A stretch of DNA of 64,000 nucleotides from Chlorokybus atmophyticus (lineage: Eukaryota > Plantae > Mesostigma and Chlorokybus algae), in assembly GCA_009103225.1 (NCBI GenBank), contig RHPI01002503.1, positions 1,231,987 to 1,295,986 on the forward strand. The letters run 5' to 3'. A model generated the notes under the pieces. The model was not told where the DNA came from. It saw only the letters and a program-made list of their open reading frames with translations, and made no database searches. The translations under genes and the position numbers were made by a program. Position 1 is the first letter of the stretch; each line of letters opens with the position of its first letter. Below are positions 20,075 through 31,497 of this stretch, piece by piece.

Positions 20075-23049
20075 ACAGCTCATTTGAATGCTGCCACCAC
20101 GCGTCAAGCTGACTGGTGCCATCACGCTCTGTTGTAAGATAAAGTAGTTAAGCTGGAGCCATGACACTGTAACGCTATGTTAATATACAGTCGCACTATT
20201 GCAGTACAGTGCCGTTGTCATGCATTAGTACTTGTGTGCGCTCCTGTATCCGTTCTGCTTCACTCCGTGGCTGCGCATATTCGCTGAAGTGTTGCGTGAG
20301 TTGGGGCAGCAGTACGCTTGGCAGGTTGTGACTTGCGTCGGAAAGATGGAGGCACGCTTTGCATCTTCACGGGCTCTTCTCAGATGGGTGAACAGGAGAC
20401 CATGTGAATGTGACAGTCTGTTCATTGTTGCACGGTGCAAACCATGTCCATGTGCACAAACACAAGAGGTTCAATTTTGATGCCCCCATGCTGCCTACAG
20501 GTGGCCTCAAATCTGGCACGTGCTGCTGACATCAGCCAAGCACATATTCCATTTGCAATGTCATTCATTGCTCATGGACACAACTGCAGTGTACAAGTGT
20601 AGTAGCGTTCATTGGTCGCTGTCCATTGGCTGCGTATGCTTCAACCCGTGCAAGGCAGACACTACGTGGCAGTGTTCTCAGATAGGAGCATAAATTATGT
20701 GGGGGCTAAGCCAGAGCTTACATCTCAAAAACTATAAGCCAGGACGTAGACGTAGGGTCAACACCGTCGTTGACTCTAGCATTAAGCACAACATCAAACC
20801 CTCAGGCAGCAACGAGGTAGGTCAGGGGTAAGGTACAGCAGAGTAGGTAGTAAGGTAAAGGGTGACAACCTGCACAGTGCAGCAGGTAGGCAGAGGTAGC
20901 AATCAGGCCCGGGGTCCTCAAAAGCAGCGTAGTAGCAGCATGCATAATAGCAACAACCCCAACATCCCCGCCGCCAGAGGTTTGCTGCTGGTGCTCAAGC
21001 TTCGCCGGCCCCTAGCTATCGGTCTCAACAAACACATTTCAATACCCTTGCATGGAAACATGGTGATGTGGTGGTGCATGCGCATTGCGACAATTTATTC
21101 AACTTAGCTGAGTTAATCTCCCCGTATGTCAGTACTTGCATGCTACAAGGTAGTTGGATGCCAGCGAAACCCTCGGGGGCCGTAGCAGTGGAGTTGTGTA
21201 TGCTGCTTGGCGGTGAGGGCTTCATTGACCTCTGCACGGCGCTACCAGGTGATTCTCTGCCGTCTTTGCCTGCTCCCTTCCCCCTACTCCCTTGCTCTCT
21301 CTTGCCTGGGCTAGTGCACCTAGCCTAGCGTTGTGGGCCCCCCACCTAGCTTGTTGGCTTGTTGCCTGTGTGTTTCATGCTTGTTTTTCGCTTGCCATGC
21401 CAATTGTGCCCTTTTGTTGCTTGCCATGCCGTATGTACGTACGCCTGTGTGTGCATGATGTGAGCCACTGATATACTACTTGGCCACGGTAGTAGAGAGT
21501 AGCCTGCCCACCCTTTATCATTAACGATAGCGTCGGGGGTACGGGGCTATTGCATGTGTACATAGTGTGAGCCATTGGTAAAAAGCTTAGTCACTGCAGT
21601 GTACAGTGGCCTGCCCACCCTCTGTGGTTGACTATAGCGATGGCGCTACTGGGCTATTGCATGTGTGCGTGGTGCGAGCCAATGGTATGCGTTTTCCAAA
21701 CCATATGCCATTGCAATGCCACTTGTCCTGTACCTCCGCCTGGCTCTTGCTGTGCCACAGCCATCCGTTGTACTGCAAGCAGCATTTTATCTTTACATGG
21801 GTTAAAAGTAAGCTACTGATTGTACAATTGAGTAAATACAGCTGTTGCTAGTGTGCATACCCAATTCGTTATACATGTTTGTATTGATAAAATGCACAAG
21901 ATGTGAATGTCGTCACCGCAAGCGTCATATCAAAAAGGAATCTGAGTGTATGCCGCTAAAGTTAAATGACATTATTGCCATTTTTTCGATTGGTAATTCA
22001 ACATGAGTTGTCACTTGTTTGAGAGCAAATTCGTATAATTGAAATTGTATACGTTGTGCACAAAACGAGTTAAACATCACATAGCGCATTGTGAATTTTT
22101 TAAATTATCCAAAGCTTTTATAAATACGTTTGAATTAATATGTTGTTTATAATTTGATTATGACGGATTGGTATTATAGCGCGCGTGTGCTTATGATTCG
22201 TCGTATATTGCGCGTATGTATCACACATGACATCATAACATACCTGGTAAGCCTAAGCCGGAAGGTAATTTTGTCGTGCGTGTACTTACGTCCACATCTT
22301 GGTAGTAATGTTTACGAGTCTAAACCATACCGCAACCATACACCTGTGCCTGTATGGTCAGCTTGGTTACAATTTTGCTACTTGCCGCTACTGCCTGCTG
22401 CCACGCCTTGCTTGCACTTAGCGCACTAGCTTAATATGCCACTGTCGGTGTTGATTAAAGTGTCTCATGCCTGCTGGTGTGCTACCTTGATTTGTACTTC
22501 ATAAGTGCTTGTGCCCTGCTGATTCCACATGACTTATGCTTTATACACTGCCACGCACGTAGACGTCGCCAATAACACCTACGTGTCCTGCTGCTAGATC
22601 GTCGTCGGTCCATCAACGCCGTCCCTGCTGCCGCTGCTTGCACTTACTTCGCATAAGGCCTTAGCTAGCCCTCAGGTGTATATTGTGATATATTGTACTA
22701 CTTGTTTGCTGGCTTGGACTCAATGTGCAAATGCATCTGCATGGTTGCTATAGTTGGCACAGCTTTATTGATAAATGCAACTAGCGGTGCCATTGGCTGC
22801 CCGTCCTGTCAACAAACAATGAACTCTTGCATACCTTGGGTAGCTCGCATGACAGTCGCAGCCTGCCAATAGCGAAATCTGACGTCAATGTCACTGTGCG
22901 ATGCATGCGATGCAAACACAATGTCCATGCACATGTGCAGCATGATAAGAGACGACTTCAGCTAGACTCCGCCCACTGCACAATTGCGGACGTGCAAGTA
23001 TGCCGTGCTGAGGCCGTCACCATCTTCACTGACGGCGGCAGCCACACCC

Positions 23050-24387
23050 ATGGCGTCCACCACCACCAGCAGCGCCTGCTTGACGTGCGTGCCGCGGCTC
23101 GCTGTCTCAGGGGTTGTGGCGGCGCCATCGCCATCTTTGGCCAGAGCGTCTACACGCAGGAGGGCAAGCATACCAGCAGGCGGCAGTGGCGGTAGTAGGG
23201 TGTGCTTGGGCAGGAGGCGGACGAGGCACTGCTGCCGGCGGTCTTACCATGCGGCAGCAGCGACGACGTCTCAGCAGCAGCAGGAAGAGCTGGAGCTGAC
23301 GGAAGAGAACGTCGCTCGGTGCTTACTGGATGCGCGCACCGAGGTCAGCTGTTGTTGTCGTTGACTTGGTTGGATGAGAAATGTCTTTTGGGTGCACAGC
23401 TCTACAGCTTCTGGCGTTCCGGCTTGCATTGTGCATGTTCTTGATGCAAAACGTTGAGCTGCTGGGAATCTCGTGTGCTGCATGTGTGTCATGGCGTGTG
23501 TGCCGTGTGTTCGAGGCGATTGACAAGTACATGCCAGTCAGGACATATCACATCGAACACAAACGGCAGTAGTTGCAGCCCACATCGCGTTGCATGCATT
23601 GCAGTCTGCGCACGTGCTTTGTGCATCCAACTTGATTGAGAGCAAAGCGCCCTCAGTGTCTGCAAATTGTGCAGAGTGCTCAGCAGCAACAACCCGTGGT
23701 AGTTTTCCGTCCACGCCAGCATGCACTTGTCTTCTGAGCTGCAGAGCTTGCGCTCGTGCATGCACGGACACCCCAGCTGTACACTATGCATGGGTGCAAA
23801 TGTTTGGCACTGATGCGGCGGTTTTATGTGTGCTTGCAGTTGTTGCAGCTTTTTGACACAGCCGTAGGGATTACAGGTGAGTTGCACCCTCCTGTGTGCT
23901 TGCACAAGTAATGGGCGCTGCGTGTGCAATTCACAGTGTAGACAAGCATGGGTGTATTACTGGGATGGTAGGCACCGCAGAGCTGGCAGAGTTGGACGGG
24001 CCATTCATAAAGCTAAGGTTGAAAGGCAGGTTTTGGCACGAGCGCTCCCTCGTGCTCGCCCGTGTTGCCAACTACCTGCAACGTCGAATACCGGCAAGCA
24101 ATACATACACACCAAAGCACACGCACGTGTGCATGCACACACATACGCACATGCATGTCCGGGCGCATACTTGCATTTATGTGGAGACTTAGATTTGAAC
24201 CATTGAGGATTGGCGGGTTGTGGCTGTGGTATACAGCTTGTCAGGTTGGCTCCGTCCGTCCGTTCTATCATGGATACCTTCCACCCACTGTAGTCTTGCT
24301 GACAGTTGGCTTTCTCTAACGCAGGAAATTGTGGAAGTGGATATAGAAGATGAGTCTCAACTGGATGATAGTGCCGCAAATTTCTAA
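23050..24387 (+). CDS. Plastid-targeted NifU-C-terminal-like protein lacking the CxxC motif
   Basis: Exons 23050-23343, 23840-23876, 23972-24093 and 24325-24387. Mature part ELTEENVARCLLDARTELLQLFDTAVGITGTAELAELDGPFIKLRLKGRFWHERSLVLARVANYLQRRIPEIVEVDIEDESQLDDS resembles a conserved uncharacterised plant NifU-like family. Confidence 0.75.
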
Positions 24388-24696
24388 TGCTAGTTAACGA
24401 TCTTCCTCGCATTTGCTTGGTCTACTTGTCTAGGGAGTCGTGGTTTGTACTCCTTTTGCACGGTCGTTATGCACAATAAGCATGCATCAACGCAGCAGTC
24501 TTCAAGCCAGATGAGTATGGTCATGTGTGACCTTGCGTGCCGCACTACACTATGATGTAATGCTAGTCGCTAGTCACAGGCCCCCCCTCTGTTTACCCCA
24601 AACGTGTAGTGTGTTTTGGACAAGGTTGTCTTTAGGCGACCTGTTGCCAAGTAGTTGGATATTGCAGAAGTGCAGCTCTACGATAGGTGCCTCGTG

Positions 24697-27600
24697 TCAT
24701 GTGCCCTTCACCAGACTAACGCCTGCCAATGGGCTACATATGTGGCGACTAGCATTATACAGCAGTTGCACAACCAAAGACTCCATTACCATTTCCCGAA
24801 GCATACCACCAAGCTCGGCTTTTTGCGAGATCCACGTGTCAGCCTCCGCGTGACAGAAGCTCACAACCTGGAGTCACACATCATGCTGGCAAGCACATGC
24901 CCACTGCAGATAACATGCGTTATTAGCAAGGAGGTCCCCCCTGCTCTCTTGCACAAGCCACACATGATGCGCCCTTGCTAAACATTTCACCCAAGTGGAG
25001 GAGTTCAAGAGTCTGTATTGAGTTGTTGTCAAGCAGGCTCTCAATACACTAACAGCGACATCGTCACACCAAGCTACGTACTGTCAACCCTGCCTAGCAG
25101 GCACTCAGCGATGACAGAAGTATTGATGAATCTGTTTTGGCTTGGTACTCAAATGCACTGCATTCTGTTTTCGTAAACATTTACTAGTATACATATCACC
25201 TACATATAACTCTGGTAAAAGCTACCAAATAAAGCTACAATCTTACAATGTATCACTACAGTGCAATTGCATGCAAAAGTCTTGGTGAGTAGCCTCCCTG
25301 CCCTAACACAACATTCACCTATCACTCAGCGCTAACTAGCCTTCAGGTCATTGTGCTGTGCTTTTCGGCCAACTGTTCTCGTTGAAAGGGCCGAAGCCGT
25401 AGTCATGGTTGTTGCAGCGGAGGCCGTGACTCGTGTCTCCACTGTTGTCACCACGGACGTTGCATTAACTAAAGGCCCGTACCACGACGTCTCGCGCGTC
25501 TTCTTGTTGTACCAGTATCGTTTATCACCGGATTGGGTCTGTACCCAGTCTGAGTTTGAAGGAGAGACGGTTGGAGCAGCAGTGGTGGGTATGTGGGTTG
25601 ATGTGGTGTCTTTGTGCATGAGGGCGGGACCGATTTCCGGACAGAATTTGATTAGCCTGTCTTGTAGAAATGCTGCCTTGCGCCGGAGTATCTCGTCCGC
25701 TTCAAGTGACTGTGGGGAACACATCAACGCCGCGAACACCTGCACAACAACACATGTGCTTTCCGGGTGTGGCAGGTGTGTGAGCAGGTGTGTCCGCAAG
25801 TGCGTGTGTGATGCTAATCTGTACTTTAAGCAAAGTGTGATTGTGTCATTCAACAAACAAAACGTTCTCAGATCAAGCACTTGATGCGTACCTCTGCTTT
25901 GTCTTCAGCCATGGAGCTCATGGAGTACTTATTGAGAAAGCCCTTGCATTCGCTGCCGGCAGAGCCCGGGATGTGGGCATTGGTGTCCCCCTGCATGCCT
26001 TCCCCGCCGCCGCGACAGTACTCAAAGTCTCCGCCCTCGTTCAACGAGGCCCACTCTACATCCTTGCAGAGATACGCGTTCCCCAACATGGCTGCAAAAC
26101 CACATATGTTGTGTCGGGACCTTCAGACCCACATGGCTGTTACTACTAATGCCTGTCACTCACCGTAGTCTGTCATGTGAAAGAGCTCGTGATGGAAGCA
26201 TAGCTTCAGATAGTCTATTGACTCCATGCGTGCGTTCCAGTAGAGTGTTTTGGTGACCACCTCGGGCACACCTTGCCGCTCCTAAACGTTGTTGTTGTTG
26301 TTGTTATTGCTCTCTGTTTAGTGCGTCAAGACTTGATATATGGGCTTGTACCTGACTGTCATAAGACAAGTTTGCTGCAACGACAATGTGCTCGACACCA
26401 CTCTTAGTAAAGAACTCCTTTGGATACCGCGCATGCTCGCGTGCGGCCACACCTGAAGGGTACACAACATATACATGTGTCCAACATGCGAGCCAACACT
26501 AGGGTGGTGCACGACGTGCACACGTCGTCTTTGTACCAGTGGCGTAAGCGTGAGCGTGAGGCTCAGGTGGGGTCCCGCGCACGCCTGGCGAGTTTGCAGT
26601 CGAGTTTGATGGCAGATGAAACCGCCTTGTCACAACCTGAACACAGTGACATGAGTTTAAAATCAACCCACATGCACACACATACACGGCAATTCCTCGC
26701 ACCCGTGTCGTTGTTGCAAAGTCTGCATTGCCACCAAGATTCTCGGCTTCCTCGTTTGTCACCGAGCGTGTCATGGAGTCCATATCGAGGGTGTTGTCAA
26801 ATTGAGCGGTCAGCCGGCTGACCCGAAATGACAGAGCATTCGCAAGCCACCTTGTTCTTGCCAACGTGTTGGCCACAACCGCCATTGCACCCGCAGCATA
26901 CGGCTAAGGAGGAAGGTTTATTGGTTAGTATGGTCCTGCTGACGAGTGACTGTCATAAGACTCAGCAAGCGTACGCCTGGACTCACACACATCCGCACAC
27001 ACAGATATGTGCGGACACACGCGCTCGAGCACACACATTCGCTCCCACGCATGCTTGCATACACACGTGCACACTGATGGGCTCACACGCACACAAAAAC
27101 TTACAGAGGCGGTGTTGATGATGGTTTGTATGGCGTTGAGTACTCGGTGTCTCGGGTCTCTGTCCCACGACCTGTTGTTGGCTGGGGCGTCCCATCGTCG
27201 CTCTCCCGTGACGGTGTGGACGTAGAACGGGCGGCCGTCGTCTGAGAGGTGGCGCTGCCAGAGCGCCGAGGGGGGAAGAAGTAAACGGGACACCAGAACA
27301 GAGAGGACACTGAAGAAAGCTAGAGTCAACGGGTTGGTTGCAAACACACAAATGGTTGCATGAACAACGCGGTGAAAAGCCAACGTGTGGTATGCGTGCG
27401 TGCGCGCGCGCGTGTGTGTGTGTGTGTGCGCGCTCGCTTGTGTGTGCCTCCTCACCTTGGGGGCCCAAGGGCTGAGGGGCGTGTCCACGAGGACTCCCCC
27501 GTGATGCGGTTGTAGTAAAACCTCCTCCCATTGGCGCTGCGCTCTACTCTCCACGAGCCCGCACCCCTGCATAGCAATGCTAATCAACCCGCTCAATTAA

Positions 27601-28791
27601 ACGTCCACACATTCACGCAACGTACTTTCTGGGCTTGCCGCATAGGGGCCGCTTCACCACTCTCAACATTTTGGCGAACCACTTTGCCGGTTTTGAGACG
27701 CGCGTCTCACCATTTTCGGCGTTGTAGTAGTAGGTTTTCCTGCGATATGACAAAGGCGTTGGCTCAGGGGGGGCAATCAATGTGTTTTGTCATCACTGAA
27801 CTCACCCTTTGCTGTCAACGCATTGGTGCCAGCCATTTTCTGTGCCGTCACCAACCACAGGCTGCATGAATACAGCAAGCATGTTAGCATGCCGTACACA
27901 AGCACGCACGTGTGTATAAGCATGGGCACGGATGCGTTTGTGCGCAAGCCGTAATGGGTACATGCGCAATCATGTGTGTGCGCGTGAGTCTGCATGCCCG
28001 TGCATCTGCGGATATGTATGCCTGGCGCATATATGCGCAGGTATGCGCGCACGTGTGCGTGTGCGTGCGCGTGCGTACCTGCATGTGCATGCACGCGCTT
28101 GCGTGCAAACACCTGCGCATGTGTGCATCTTCCTGTGTGAGTGCGACTGCAGGAGTGTGAAGGGCCGGGAGACATGTGTTCACGTGCGCAGTTGTACGTG
28201 CATTGTTTGTCACCAGTCTTTAGCTATCGTACGCATATGTCTGCTAAGCAAGCAGCGAACAAGATGGGAAAAGCGCAAGGACGACAACTTCAACATCACT
28301 GACACCGCTTGATTGCCGCCACGGATAACGGCAAACACAAGACGAGGGGCGTGACACACAACCCCACAACAACTTCAGTGCCGACAGCGAAAGCAACGCT
28401 GAATCTTGATGTTATCAAGGTCATAGCAAACAGTAGTAGTTGCTGATCGTGAAAGGTGAGTTCAGTGAGTTCAGTGAAATCCAACAACAAAGGGGTGGGG
28501 GGAATGGCTCAGCTGAACTAGTAGGGGCGGAGTAGGTCGTCAAACTGCATTTATTGATATACCTGTGATCAGAAATTTTACAGATGGTGACATATGCCAC
28601 TACTGTCACAGTACCCTACTTACCAGGTCCGAGGGGCGGCGCCAGGTGCTCACTCCAGCAGCTGGGTCATGGTAGAAGCAACGCCCGCCAGAGTGCTGCA
28701 GAACCTGCCACCGACACCTGGAAGGAGTCCCAGCCACAGGCGTAGCAGCATCAACGCCCTCCACAGCAGCAATCTCCCCCTCGCCGCCCAT
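24697..28791 (-). CDS. Multi-WW-domain protein (at least five WW-like repeats); 3' end uncertain
   Basis: WW-like units: WQVLQHSGGRCFYHDPAAGVSTWRRP (about 28633-28711), GWHQCVDSKG|KTYYYNAENGETRVSKP (about 27700-27860, spliced), WRVERSANGRRFYYNRITGESSWTRP (about 27476-27560), WQRHLSDDGRPFYVHTVTGERRWDAP (about 27185-27265) and WVQTQSGDKRYWYNKKTRETSW (about 25470-25555). Could end at 25332 or at a further exon ending 24697. Confidence 0.65.
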
Positions 28792-28929
28792 ATCGCCGCT
28801 GTCACCGCCAACAAGCGACACAACACTCGCACCCAAAGTTCACATTTCGGGCAACAAACGTGCAGGCTTGTGCGCTGTTGTGCGTTCTTGTGCGCAGATT
28901 TTCCCGCCATTATTGTGTGAGGCAAAGGC

Positions 28930-30396
28930 ATGGCAGCGGCGGCGGCGGCGGCGGCAGAGGAGCAGGAGAAGGAGGAGGAGGACAAGGAGGTTGAGGTCGA
29001 GGTGGAGGGGGCTGTGAGGGCTGTGCTGTCTGCGGTGAGTTTGAGGGAGTACGCAGCGGTGAGGAGAGGGAGGACGTTGCGGCAGAGGTGCACGCTGGGG
29101 TGCCCCGTGCTGGACGCCTGCTTGGGGGGCGGCGGCGTAGCGACGAGGTGCCTGACTGAGCTCGTGGGCGAGAGCACATCTGGGAAGACACGCACATGCG
29201 CCCAGCTTCTGCTCACGTGCCAGCTCCCCCTCAGCCAGGGCGGCCTCGCCGGTGAGCGCCGCCTGCCAGGGTGGTGGAGGAGTGGGGGTTGTGGTGACAA
29301 CTGCAAGTAAAGTTTAAGCGATTGTATGTCTGTCCGTCTACATATGATGCGTAACACAATGTGACAAATGAATGCAGCCAGTGTGGATGTTGCATTTGTT
29401 ACTCAATGTATGGAACATGATGTATGTAGTACCCCAGTGAGGTATGTCTTGATGTGTGACAAAGTGACAACTTTCACCGCCTGTTATGTTTTGTTGCCAC
29501 ATCACAAGGTAAAAGCAGCAGTATTGCAACAGGTAGTGCTTACTTATGTCATGAAACCAGCCAGGCAGTATGTCATACCAGCATGTATGCAATGCAATGT
29601 CATTCGCTCATCCCTGTTCAAATCAAGGCCGCCATAGATGTTGAAAGACTTTGTGTGTCTCTGTATCGTGTCAACATACTGACCTCCTCCCTATGCTATG
29701 TGTGCAGGCAGCGCTGTGTACATTAGCACAGAAGTGGAGAATGTGTTTGTGCAAGCGTTGGGCGAGGCGCTCAAGTCCGGCGCGGGCATGTTGGCACGCG
29801 CTGGGTTGAGTGGCAACCCGACAGACGCTATATTCACGGACAAGGCTCACACCTCGGAGGAGCTGTGGGACTTGCTTCGTTATCACCTCCCGACATTGAT
29901 ATCGCAGCAGCAACACACGCAAAGGCCGATGCGGCTACTTGTCATCGACTCCATTGCAGCCGTGTTCAAGTCCGACTTTGACAATGTTTCCACAGAGCTG
30001 GCAGAGCGAACGCAGTGGATGTTTAGGATATCTCAGTGGCTGAAGAGGCTGGCGGATGCACACAACATGGCGGTGGTCATCACGAACCATGTGGTGGACT
30101 ACTTTCCCAATGCGAGCACGGGTTTCGCTCATCAAGTTGAGGATGTTGGCAGGTTCTTCACGTCGGGTCGACACGTTGCGCCTGCGCTCGGGCTTGGGTG
30201 GGCCAATTGCGTCAATGTGCGGTTGTTTCTGTCGAGGACAGAGCGTTGGTTTCATGCAGAGTCGGATGAAAACAGGACTAAGCCGTTGCCGCTGCGATGC
30301 ATGCGGATTGTGTTTGCGCCCTTTGCGCCCGCACTGGGGTGTGAGTTTGTCATAGATGATTCTGGGGTCAGAGGCATCAACCTGCTGCAGTCGTGA
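28930..30396 (+). CDS. XRCC3: RAD51 paralog XRCC3
   Basis: Exons 28930-29251 and 29708-30396. Walker A GESTSGKT, QLPLSQGGLAG|SAVYISTE, Walker B LLVIDSIAA, VVITNHVVD and PALGLGWANCVNVRLFLSR, typical of plant XRCC3. Confidence 0.9.
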
Positions 30397-31497
30397 GAAC
30401 TGTCTGGCAGGCCGGTGTCATTGCCTTGTAACTCAACAAACCATAGACAGAGTGCTGATCTGAGAGGATAAGAGCGACCAGCAGGTGACGCCCTGGCTTT
30501 CAAGCCGGTTGGCATATGCGCTTTGGCAGTAGTTGAAGCGCTAACAAGCAAGCCAACCATGGCCCCAACACGACAGTAACAGGTGAGGATCATGATCACA
30601 GGTAGCAGTCAGGTACACTACAGGCGCTCCGTCGGGCTGTACACTTCAGTTGCGCCTACACAAGTTTGTTGTGCTCCATGTTGCTTGCCTCCCTCTTCAG
30701 CAACTCTTCCAGACCGAAACCAGCGCCGCTCTCACCAGCAGGATTGTTCTTGGCACTTGTCAGCTTGTTGATGCTCATCATACAACTGTTGTAAACCTCC
30801 TGACTAATCCTTCAAGTATTGCCACGAGGATCATTCTCCGCCATGAGCGGTGACCACCCTCATGCTACGGATGCTACTGAGAGCCAGTGTAGTAACATTG
30901 CACTACCTAGTATGGCCTTGGGCTGAGGTTGCTGAGTCATGCTACCTGCAGCGTCAAGCGTGTTGTTTTGCACACTGCTGACACCATATATCAGTACACC
31001 CGTTCGGCGAAGGCTTAGCCTCGAAACAGAAAAATTCACTTGTACTAACTGGTGTGAAACGGTGGACAGCTGTAGCTGATTGTCAAACCTGTATGTACCT
31101 CATGGCCACTAAACTGGTGTAAGGCGGTGGGCAGCTGTAGCCGTTTGTCACACCCCCCTGCTGTATATGCCTTATGACCAAGTTTCTCCCAATAGCGCAT
31201 CACATGCAGCAGCACTGCCATTCTTCAAGAATACGGAGTTGCATCACGTGACCAGTGAAATAGCCAAGCTATGTAATCAGCACCATTTTATTGTACAACA
31301 TCACTCTTGTCAAAAGAGTTGCTGACTACAAACACTGCTGCTAACCCGTTGCAAAATCTGTAATCGATTACCCCACTAATCCTTAAACTACCTCCACTGT
31401 TGCTGCATCCGCCTAAAGCCTAGTCCAAAAATGACCCCACTTACAGCCATCTGTATCCTGAAGATCACGGTAACTTACCGGGTCCTAAGCATGCAGC

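Noticed and set aside
22236-22256. U1 snRNA-like start (ACATACCTGG)
   Set aside because: Lacks the ATACTTACCTGG 5' end, the downstream stems and an Sm site. No tRNA or rRNA signatures were found anywhere in the window.
28650-29357. 235-aa minus-strand ORF overlapping XRCC3, implying start codons 19 bp apart
   Set aside because: It is not in the WW-domain frame and is largely the antisense of XRCC3's poly-Ala/Glu start.
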